Source of the DNA: Phoronis australis
Lineage: Eukaryota; Animalia; Phoronida
DNA length: 64,000 bases
Assembly (NCBI GenBank): GCA_002633005.1
Contig: NMRA01000115.1
Location: forward strand, 668,899-732,898
Direction: 5' to 3'
In this document: piece after piece, positions 25,701 to 37,700 of the stretch
How the letters are laid out: every line of letters starts with the position of its first letter
Position numbering within the stretch: position 1 is the first letter of the stretch
Position numbers and translations under genes: made by a program
The notes under the pieces: generated by a model
What the model was told of the DNA's origin: nothing
The model's input: the letters and a program-made list of their open reading frames with translations, nothing else
Database searches by the model: none

Positions 25701-28700
25701 CCTCTGAGGAGGGCAAAGGGAACATGAACTCGCGGTCAAACCGTCCAGGACGGCGTAGGGCCGGGTCAATCGAATCAATTCTGTTGGTAGCCCCTATGAC
25801 TACAATCTCTCCGCGTGCGTCCAGTCCGTCCATCAAGGCCAGTAGAGTGGATACAATGGAGCTATGGATCTGGTCCTGGCGACTGGAACGCACTGGTGCC
25901 AGGCCGTCAATTTCATCGAAGAATATGATAGACGGACGCATCTGGTAGGCCTACGATGAGAAGTGACACCTTGTTCATAAAATCGTTTGGTAAGATAGTG
26001 AATAACGATACATTCAAGTAATCTTTTGCTATTCAATAAAAAAATTGACTTCCACTCAATACAACAATCACAAAAGTGAGAAAACAACTAGGCTTAAGTT
26101 GAAGCATGAACAGCATCATCACAATTCTGAAAAACGTACATGAGACTAAAACTTACACAGACACTCGAAAACTATCTAGGGTGTTTAGTTCACGCTGCCT
26201 AGATGTAACAGAAACTTTGTACACTACACTACACTACAAATTTACTGAATGTTTCATGGGAAATAAAAAAATCCTACCCTAGCCAGGGCTTCATCCAGGA
26301 TTTCGAACAGAGGGTGTCCAAAATGGGTTCCCAATATTCCAGGGCGTCCATGATTCCAACGACGCATTATCCCCCCCTCCCCACCACNACTGTTTTTGGT
26401 CATCTCAAGTCAAATTCTGATATAAAGTTTATTATATCAACTTCACTAGCTTTATATTCTGTACAATGAGTCATCAAAGCTGCAGTTACCAACAAAAGAA
26501 AAATGCACAGATGTGTGGTTTATATTTTGGCAACAGGTGTCACTGCTGCTCCATTTTAGACGCACATACAAAAGCATGAAACGGGCGAAAACTCAAAATT
26601 TTAAATGGGGATATTCTTGCGGCACATCATATTATTAAAATAATGACATTTATTTCGCTTTTGGTGTTTTCAAAAAAAGATGAAGTAGATGAAACTACAG
26701 CTCTGAAACACCAGTTTGGAGTTGAGCAAGGTCAGTGTCCCTATATAAAGTACAGAATTGCAGTGGCACATGAGTCTACTGAAAGCAGACACTCTGGCAA
26801 CCAAACACTGCTAATGATTGACAGGTCTACCAAATACTTTGAAAATAGTTTGAACATTGCAACATTTGAAATACATTGTATATTTCTTTCTGAGTTGAAA
26901 GGGCCAACTTCTCTCTTTGATTAACTGGGAGTCTTACGAATCTTACAATGTGGGTGTCCAAACTGGAGAAATTCTGATTGACAGGGCGTCCAAATGATAC
27001 ATTGGGCGTCCTTGCCAGAGTGTCCACATTAGTGCTAGGGCGTCCATTTGGACGCCCAGGACGTACGCTGCATGAAGGCCTGACCCTAGCGCTCAATTAA
27101 CATCCAATAGTTAAATCAAAATGAACACTCCAAGTTTACCTGATCAAACAACAGGCGTAGCTGCCTTTCGGATTCGCCAACCCACTTGCTGAGACAGTCG
27201 GCACCCTTGCGCATAAAGAAGGCGACTCTACGGTCCCCCTGGCTGCACTCATTGGCTAGGGCACGTGCCACTAGAGTCTTACCAGTGCCTGAATAGATAG
27301 AAATAGTTAAGACATAATGAAGTGTAGAGAAACCACGCGTTGGCACCAATAGCATTGTATTGTTGCATTGTCCATTGCCATGCAGGCCTACAGAAAAGCT
27401 GAGTGTGGCCTGATCAATCATTCTTCACCAGTCTGACTCAGCCCAGAAGTGCATTTGGGGCCCTAACTTTCAAAAACTAGGCCAACCACGCAATGTATTT
27501 TTCTACCGACGCAAAAACAGAGAGCTGAATTTTTGAGACCTTCATGACCCAAGGGCCGGGACACCCTACAAAGGTATCAGATATCAGCTGCAGTTTCCTC
27601 ACCTGGCGGTCCGTGGAACAGGCAGCCCCTGGGTGGTTGGATCTTGAACTTCTCAAACACCTCAGGATAGAGCAAGGGGAAGACTACCATCTCCTTCAGG
27701 GAGCGGACGTGCTTACCAAGACCACCGACAGCGTCGAAAGTGACCTGTAGTGACAGCATAGATAACAGAATTTGACGAGATCACCTAGGTCTCGGCAAAT
27801 TATCAGCAAGCAACATAAGTGAATCAAGAGATCTTATCAGCTTTCAGTCACAGGTAACGACCAACAATGAACACACCTCTGTTCCAAAAACACTAGTATG
27901 AGATGTACCGTTGTCACCTCCACACAAAGGTTTCTACAATTCTTACACTTAAAAGGATACCAAACCCAACTTTCCCCCATCTTGTTCTCTGAAACAAAAT
28001 AACGCTATGTAGCCCTCGACAACCCTCAAAAGTTTGGAGTAAGATTTGAAAACTCCTTTCAAAATCTGCTAAATGGGCAAGCCTGACCTATACTTTTGGT
28101 GAATTACACGGAGATTGCGGGAAAAGACCACCCACCAAGGACCACACTGTCCAATCCGTAACAAAAGGGAATATGAGTTTTTGGTCGATTCCTGCCTTTA
28201 ACTTGGAAGGTTGACGCCAATGATGCATTAGCAGGTGACAGAACGAGGTTTGGTGGTAATCCTCAAAACAGGGTTTAGTGTCCTTTAAGGTTTTGAAAAA
28301 TTCTCACAGACAATTTCTAAATCAACTACAATAAAAACCGTGTTGTTGGTTATGCATTAATCAGAAAAGCTACGCACACTTCTGTCGATGGACATCGGGT
28401 CAACATCTGCGAGACTGGCTCCAGACCTTGCCCGATCACGAAGTAAACCTGTGGACACGTCCTCGGGGTTCACATTCATTGGTAGGCATCTGAAATATCA
28501 ACAGACAGAATGGCTGCTAGTTACATGACCACCAAAACTAAACTGGCTTTGCAGTATAAAACTGTCCATGGTGAAATCTAACCAAGGACACAATATAATG
28601 GACAACTAAAATTTTATATGTTTTCATTCTTTTCACCATATAAAGGGTAACCACGTTTAAGTTCTACACCAGAGTTAACATCAGACAATATTTTGAGAAT

Positions 28701-31700
28701 GTGTACACCTACACAACTATGTTAGGAGCCCATGAAAAATGAAATTAGAGTAATTTTTGGCTGCTACTTTTGTCCGCAAAGAGCTCGGTTTTTCAAAATC
28801 ATGTACTACACGATCCAAAGGATAGGTAAGTGAAGAAAGTCTGCTTTTATATTTCCGTGGTCTGGATACTCAGAATGTTGATACTTCCTTTGTAGTGCAA
28901 TTCTCACCTGTTTCTGGCCTTGGCCATGCTCTTGGCCTTGCGACGTTCAAACTTCTCTTCATCATCGCTGGAATCGCTAGAACTGCTCGTGGATGAACTA
29001 CCGTGAAATGTGGCCCGACGTCTACAATATGTATTTTATATATGCAGAAGTATCGAATGAAAACAATAAAAGCTTACACAACCTCAGGGCTTGGAATGCC
29101 CAATGACAAAAACGCGGAAACTTTTACGGCCAAATCATGTGCGCTACCCAGCCTTGAAATGGTCGATGTGAACCTTTCCTGACAAAAATCGGGAGGACTA
29201 AAAGAAAAAAGTTACCACCATCAGTAGCATGCGCCTGTGCCATTTTAGCTCGTCCATCCACTCCCAACCCACAAATTTTTGACTGCAGAGCCGTAGTATT
29301 TGTCGCCGCGGTTTACAATAACACGAGACGCCATTGAAAGTCCCACCACGCTATCCCAGATGCCCCGGCAATGTTGACAATTTACGTTCCTCCGAAACAT
29401 AAAGAGCAACTTCCGCTTTTCGAGGTGAACGTGTTCTGCAACGCAGCGGTAAGAAAGGAATTTTCCGCAGAAATTTTATATCAAATCCGATTTTTTTTTA
29501 CGCGGAAATATAATAAAATGCGTGGACAGAACATTTGAAAAAAGCGGAAATCCGCGTTTCCGCGGAAAATTCCAAGACCTGCAACCTAAAGACCTAATTT
29601 GTTAGCCGTCTGCTTTATTGCTGCACTACGAACGACCCTCAAAGATACAGAGAGCTCAAAGAGAATTACGTTGAAAATTATTTATCATGAACATTGTTGT
29701 CTGTACAACAAATTCTGTCTACAGCAGAGGATGCTGCCAAATTATCCTAGTATCATGAAACATGTGAAATAAAAAAGGCCATCAGAGGCACAGCATCAGT
29801 CAAATCTGTCTGAAAGAAAGCAAGGTCTGTTGTTTCCTCAATAGAATCTTATTTTCCAACATCCATCATGGAACTTGGTAGATAAAGAGCCATAAGCATA
29901 AGGTTAAATTGCCACCAGATGACGCCACAGTAATCTGATTCATCCCACCATCAGACATACATTCCTCAACTTAAACATATACACCAAATTCAACACAGCT
30001 CCATCAAGGGACTTGGTAGATATATAGCAGAGGCACGTGCAAAAAATACAAAAATACCACTAGAGACAGAAAGAGTACTTGGACTCATTCATAAATCTGT
30101 ATTAATCATGATGATGAACTTAACAGGAGGATAACGATCCTTCAAACGATTTGGAGGATAGAGAGGCAGATGGAAAAATAGATGCAAAACCAAAAAATGG
30201 CCACTAGGAGGGCAAAATTCATTAAATCCCTCCCAAAATGAGAACGTGTCATTGCCTCCATAGTAGAAAGGTATTTGTCGAGTTTCATGAAACCCATTAA
30301 GGAACTTGATAGATATAGAGGTATACACAAAGAAAACCTAAATTGCCACTAGACGGTGCCACAGCAATTCGAACCCTCTGAAAATCTACACCAGCAAAAC
30401 TCATTTCAATAAAAACACATTGGCAAAGTTTCATATTGATACTTTGAGTGGTTTGGCAGATAGAGAGAAAACATTTGCAAAAATAATAAAAATGGCCACT
30501 AGGAGATGCAGATTATATAGTCCGTCTGAAATGAGTAGGTGTCGTCATTTCCATAACTGAAACCTATTTGCTAAATATCTTGAAAATCCATCAAGGAATT
30601 CTGTGCAGGGCTTGGAATGACCAATGACAAAAAAGTGGAAACTTTTACGGCCCAAATCATGCGCGCTACCCAGCCTTGAAATGGTCGATGTGAACCTTTC
30701 CCCCGACAAAAATCGGGAAGACCAAAAAAAAAAAAAACGTTACCACCATCAGTAGCATGCGTCTGCGTCCTTTTAGCTCGTCCGTCCATTCCCAACCCAC
30801 ACATTTTTGGCTCCAGAGCCGTAGTATTTGTCGCAGCGGTTTACAATAACACGAGACGCCATTGAAAATCCCACCACGCTATCCCAGATGTCCCGGCAAT
30901 GTTGACAATTTACGTTCCTCTGAAACATTAAGAGCAACTTCCGCTTTTCGAGGTGAACGTCGCCTGCAACGCCGCGGTAAGAAAGGAATTTGCCGCGGAA
31001 ATTTTATATCAAATCCGATTTTTTTACGCGGAAATATAATAAAATGCGCGGACAGAACATCTGAAAAAAGCGGAAATCCGCGTTTCCGCGGAAAATTCCA
31101 AGCCCTGTCTGTAGATATAGAGGCCAACGTAAAAAACTAAAATTGCGTCTAAGGGGCACAGCAGTAGTCAAAATCTGGCCAAAAAAAATCACTTGTGCGG
31201 TTCCACTCATAATGGAACACGTCTACAAAATTCCTTGAAAATTCCTCGAGAGGTTTTAGAGATACAGCAGTGAGCGCATGAAAATCACTTAAGTGAGGCC
31301 TCTGCTCCCAGGTTAACTTGTCCTAAATATGACATATTCAAATCAAAAGCATCCTGGTGGCATCAGTTTTTATTTCTTGGCCTAATTTACCAGCACAGGT
31401 TTCAAGAAACAATACTAACATGAAAATCAAACCAACTAACTCGCTTAGATAACAGGCAATTCAAGGTTTTTAAGTAATTTATTTTGAAATTGGCAAGCAC
31501 GAATACCTTCGTTTAACAGCGGGAGAAGCATAGCTTTTCTTACGCTTGTGCTTTCGACTTCGAGGAGGACTGTCACGTTCTTCAAAGACATCAGGCAGTT
31601 TCTTTCTAGGTTTGTGCTCTGAAAAAAAACTGATCAGTCACATATGCCTGACAACACAACAAACTTTTTCCAACAAGTACACTTCAAAAAGGCATGTAAA

Positions 31701-34700
31701 ATAAGCACCAGTTAGCAGATCAAATAATTCAACATGTACTATTTTGTTCAATAAGAGATTATTCACAAGACCAAAACAGTATCTGCTGTCTACAAAACCC
31801 CAGTTTATAAAAAGCCAACCCAGATAAATGAAGTCCAGTGAAACTGCAATCTTGCAACAAACACGTTGGCTCATGGAAACCCCACGGTATTCGAGGGTAA
31901 ACTAAAAAAATTGACCACGGCGAGCCACATTATAAATTGGGGTCTCATGTCAAAGTTTGTTAGTTGCAACGGGTTCTGAGTTAGAAAGTCCACCATACCA
32001 GTGAGCAAAAACTGCAATATATTGTAACCCTAGTGTTATACAAGCATAGTAACAAGAATTAATGAGCCTGACCTGCCACAGGGACTTCATAGAATTGCGT
32101 GCGAGGTTTGTGTTCCCTGAGATGGTATGATTTCTGGTTTTGTCCATCGCTTTCTGTAAGAAAGGATTAAAGCACCAATTTCAGTTAACTGAAAGTGTAG
32201 ACAAAACTAAACTTCTCTCGTACAGCACACATCACGAAATTTTGTCCGGCCGGAAATTGGTCGACGACTAGTCGGTCGGCTAAAAATTAGCCGACCGGCA
32301 GCCGCCCGCAATGCCGACTCATAAGGCGACCCCACAGCCGACCCTTTAGCCAACCCTTTAGCCGACCGGCTGGTCGGCTGCTATTTTTAGGCTAGAGTAC
32401 CAGTTGCGTAATAGGTTGTCAGGCTCATACCACTTTGCGTGTCGATGCATATTCGTCTTAGCACAGGGTCAAATAAATTAACCTAGTTTTGCTGTCTCGG
32501 CTACATGAGTTCACGTCGGTTGTGTAACACCACTACTTCGAAGGTTGAAGGCAAGCGGCATTAGTAAACATTGGATTATGGACAATGCAATAAGTTTTGG
32601 ATGAAAAACGTGAAAGTTTTCTTTACATTTGATCTTTAATTTGACTTGTGACGTTAACAAATTGTATTAGATCGGTTGCTTCCCGGTCAATACAACGCTG
32701 TATAGTCATTTTGTAAACGCGACTGTTTTTCGCAGTCTTCGCCCACAATTGATTTTGTTTGTGTAACGCCAAACTGCATCGTTTTTGCGTGTTTTAAGTT
32801 ATTCACCGGTCTCCTATCACGCGCCCATGATGAAGGATTAGTGAGTGAGTTGTTACACCGCGAAGAGTTCTCACTCCGGGGATTTTATTTTCATAGTATT
32901 GACCCNNNNNNNNNNNNNNNNNNNNNNNNNNNNNNNNNNNNNNNNNNNNNNNNNNNNNNNNNNNNNNNNNNNNNNNNNNNNNNNNNNNNNNNNNNNNNNN
33001 NNNNNNNNNNNNNNNNNNNNNNNNNNNNNNNNNNNNNNNNNNNNNNNNNNNNNNNNNNNNNNNNNNNNNNNNNNNNNNNNNNNNNNNNNNNNNNNNNNNN
33101 NNNNNNNNNNNNNNNNNNNNNNNNNNNNNNNNNNNNNNNNNNNNNNNNNNNNNNNNNNNNNNNNNNNNNNNNNNNNNNNNNNNNNNNNNNNNNNNNNNNN
33201 NNNNNNNNNNNNNNNNNNNNNNNNNNNNNNNNNNNNNNNNNNNNNNNNNNNNNNNNNNNNNNNNNNNNNNNNNNNNNNNNNNNNNNNNNNNNNNNNNNNN
33301 NNNNNNNNNNNNNNNNNNNNNNNNNNNNNNNNNNNNNNNNNNNNNNNNNNNNNNNNNNNNNNNNNNNNNNNNNNNNNNNNNNNNNNNNNNNNNNNNNNNN
33401 NNNNNNNNNNNNNNNNNNNNNNNNNNNNNNNNNNNNNNNNNNNNNNNNNNNNNNNNNNNNNNNNNNNNNNNNNNNNNNNNNNNNNNNNNNNNNNNNNNNN
33501 NNNNNNNNNNNNNNNNNNNNNNNNNNNNNNNNNNNNNNNNNNNNNNNNNNNNNNNNNNNNNNNNNNNNNNNNNNNNNNNNNNNNNNNNNNNNNNNNNNNN
33601 NNNNNNNNNNNNNNNNNNNNNNNNNNNNNNNNNNNNNNNNNNNNNNNNNNNNNNNNNNNNNNNNNNNNNNNNNNNNNNNNNNNNNNNNNNNNNNNNNNNN
33701 NNNNNNNNNNNNNNNNNNNNNNNNNNNNNNNNNNNNNNNNNNNNNNNNNNNNNNNNNNNNNNNTGCTTCGAATGTACAATTAGTAATCATACTTTTGCAG
33801 TGGTTCATATCAAACGGATTCATTAAATCCAGTAAATATTTTTGCAACTGCCGATCTGCATATTAGACATGCATATTGCATCATACCTCATCAGAGTAAA
33901 ACTTGTTATCAATCATAGTAGAAACATTTATTTTTATCATTGCCACAAGACGTTAACAAACGCAGTCAGTGTCTGTAACTGTTGTGTCTACATTGCTGAT
34001 GAATTAAAGTCGGTCTAATTCCATTTTTATATCACTGATTCATGCCAAAGGTTTGAAATTGCGCCCCCTTAAGAGTTTTGACTTGCCCTGGTGATCACTA
34101 GAATCCGATGCAATAAACTTATAGAAGTTGTTTTTAACCAGGGTAATAGAGCTGAATATTCTGTGCGTTTTCGTTTGCGAGAGTGTTCTTCTTGAATCAC
34201 TGGGTTAATAATTTTTACGCTCTACATGAAAACACAGACAATTTTTTTAGGATTACCTGTACCAGGTTACCCCGAAAACGTTATTTTCAAAGTTTTACCC
34301 CCTGGAGTATACGCTAAACGCCAAGTATTGTGTTCTTACGCAAAAGGGCTCGGAAGGCTCTAGCCTTGGTGCGAAGGTGTTTACTAAAATAAATTTGCGC
34401 CGTTGTGGGTAAAAACTGACCGAATAAAATCTTCCTAGAGTAATCTAAATTATTTACCAGCGTTGCAAAATTTGGTTTTCTACAATTATTCTGCTGCTAA
34501 AATTAGGGTATGACCTTTTGTGTCGACTTTCAACGCAATGAAATATTGCGTAACCTATTAGTCAGTTTCTTTTTCCCAGATTCTTCAATCAAACGTTCTC
34601 CCTCGAGGTTGCGTAAACGTCACGACAAATGATCAGAATTGGTTTCACTTCATTATATGTTTTTGGAATTTTGATATCAGTGAACCAAATTTTAGAACAA

Positions 34701-37700
34701 ATTTTGCTGAGATGTTGTCACCATCTAATGGGAGATCTCGAAAACATTTTGAAAGTGGCGCGTCACGAATGAACTCTTTTCAAAACGACAACATACGTTT
34801 TTTCGTTACAAAAGGCAGAGAATTACGCAAGAAGATGACGTCGGATGTTTTTCGTTTAAACGGCCGTAAATGGCAACTTGAATGCCAATTGGCTTCCAGA
34901 GTTTGCATGCAAACTCGCCGGTCTTGAGCTCATGTTGATACAAGCTTTTCGACGAGGTGACAAGCGTACATGTAACTATCCGGGCTGTGTGAAGTTTCGA
35001 GGTCTGTTAAAGCTCAATACGCAGTGGCACCTTGCTGTATTTTGAAAATAGTCTTCACAGCTAGCTGGCTAGGTAGGAAGGCTCTAGCTTCGAAAAATTT
35101 TTTACTGCAAAAGTGAAAACGATTTCAGAATGATGATGGATGATGGATTACACTACAAACCGATCACAGTCTTCCGTTTTCATGCGCCCATGATTTAATA
35201 TCGGCGCTATGTTCAAACCATTGTTTATATTGTTCCTAAAATAAACTTGGGTTCTATTGCTGTACCAACATATTAAGAAACTATACAGAAATAAACAATA
35301 ATTATCTGTGGTAAAGAGCAATATACAGCGTGATGAACTGATGATCAAGAGCAATAACGGATGAGCGCAAATGCATGCTGCTTCTTGAGCAATCCGCGGC
35401 ATGAAAACATTTAAGGTCGTAAAATATCCAGTGTTGTATTCTGATTTTTATGAAATTTTGCTGCAAATTTCAAATTTCGTGCTTGTTTTTATGCATAATG
35501 TACTGTGTAAAAAGTCTCATATCTAAAGTTAGAAATTATTTTTCCGCTATATCACTTAACGTTTGATTTTACCACGCCGTCATTAATTCAACATAAGGTT
35601 TTCGGCTTGTGTAATGTCACGCACTTCATATTTGTAGGTTGATTCGATTTTACCTCCATTCAATAGTTGAACAAAATTTGATAAACCGATGTCAAGACCG
35701 GAGTTGCCACTGGTAAACAGTTAAATCTTTGTTTGTCCAAAGTTCACCCGCTATGTCATAAAATGGTAATTGCCGACCAAGGACACGCTTAATCCGAATT
35801 GGTCGTCTACGCTAGGCGACCAATTAGCCGACCCAAGTGACGACCACAGAGGTGACTCAGCAGACGGCTCCTAGCCGACCGTTGTTGGTCTGCTGCTGGT
35901 CGGCTAGACGACCGGTCGACGGCCGGTCATCGACCAATTTCCGACCAGTCGGCCAAAAATTCATGATGTGTGCTGTATCTCTATGTGACGATACATTTCT
36001 AGACAGATGCACTAGCTAGACAACCAACATCTGAATCTCATATTCACTTAACAACAGCTTTTAATTGTTCTCTTCTAATTGATTATTTTCTTATTCCAAG
36101 TACCATTTCAAAACATGCTTGAATAACACTAAATCTATTGAATAAGCTGCACTCTTATAATGCAATTTTATGAGACGATTGAAGTGACAAAAACAACTAA
36201 CTGCTTATGTCTATTAAATCATCCACCTGCTACTAGATGCGATGCATCTGAAGATGCATACCTGCAACATGCACACTCATCAAGATAGCAAAGCAAATGT
36301 ACAATATTTTTACATTCAACATTACTGCCAATGAGTCGAGCACATTACCTTCATCTTCATCTCCCTCTTCTTCAGATGAGTCCTCTTCCTCCGTTGTCTT
36401 GCCGTCTTCCAGAGGCATGCCATACATATCACGCTTGACAGGGCCCTTCCTCAGTCGCTTCACTCGACTGTACATGTCGTTGAACTGTGGACGAGTAACG
36501 TGAAATGTTTTCGCACGGTTTAACAGCAGACAAAGAACACCCCAGTGCTTAACTAACATGTTTTTAAGGAATATATATATCTCTTTGCACTGTCAAACAA
36601 CATCATGTTGCGCACAAGAAATTTCAGTCAGTTACGCGATAACTATAAAAAAATGATGACTTGCCTCTTTCTTCAAGTCATGGCAACAAACTAATACATT
36701 ACTACAGATAAAAGTCACCAAGAATTTTATTCTAATTTTTTATCAAATCAATTTTCAGGTGGTAACTTGGGTTGACACCTCCCTATGGAACAATGTTTAA
36801 ACCAGCATAATCATAAACAAAACAATTAGAAAACACACCTCTTCTCCATCATCTGGCTCATCATCTTTTTTCTTGGCGTTATTGTTCTTCGAAGGTTCCT
36901 CATGCTCGTCATCAGATTTCTGAGACACGTAGCCAATCAGCGATTGATTAAACGAGTCGTAGAGCTGCTTTCGGTGTCGACCGCTTCGACGGATACCTTC
37001 GTCTTGACCGTTCATCAGTGGTTTCTCAGGTTTGGTGATAGGTGACATCTTCTGAAGTCTGTGGAGGTGTTCATCGTTTAATCAAGAAGCCAGTTACAAA
37101 AGGAACCATGACAATTTTCTAGTAAAAGGAACTCAAATTATCATTTATCCATGTATACTGTGTTGGTTTGGCATATGAAATACATTAGGAAGTTCAAACA
37201 AATGTTTCTGACAGAAGTTAAATTTGTAATAAGCTGCAAGTAACACGTACAGTCTCTAAATACTGAGCTAACATGGATCTATCGGAGCAAAATGCTTGTC
37301 ATAGCAATAAAATGGCACGAACTGCATAGAAAAAGTGCATTCAAGCTGTCTTGCCCTGGTGACAGAGCACAGTGCAATCGATAACAGAACGCAGTTTCGA
37401 AGTCACCAAACCCCTCCTACCTAGCGGTGGACCTCCTTGTACCATAGTGGTGCTCAGCTTCTGCTAGGTCACTCTCTTCGCTGGACGAATAACCCTGGCA
37501 ACACAAGAAAGTTTGGAGTAAGAGTAAGAGGGACAGGCTCAAGTTCGGAGAAAAACTGGGTTTGAATAAAAAAGTAAGTTACAGAAGGTCCGTAAATTTA
37601 CATTCGAAAGTTAACTATACAACGGATATATGTTTAGAACTTAACTTTTATTTACACGTGTCCGTTTACTGCACAAAAGTTATATGTTTAGAACTTAACT

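Noticed and set aside
32841-33866. Four 300+-aa ORFs
   Set aside because: Artefacts of translating through the N gap.
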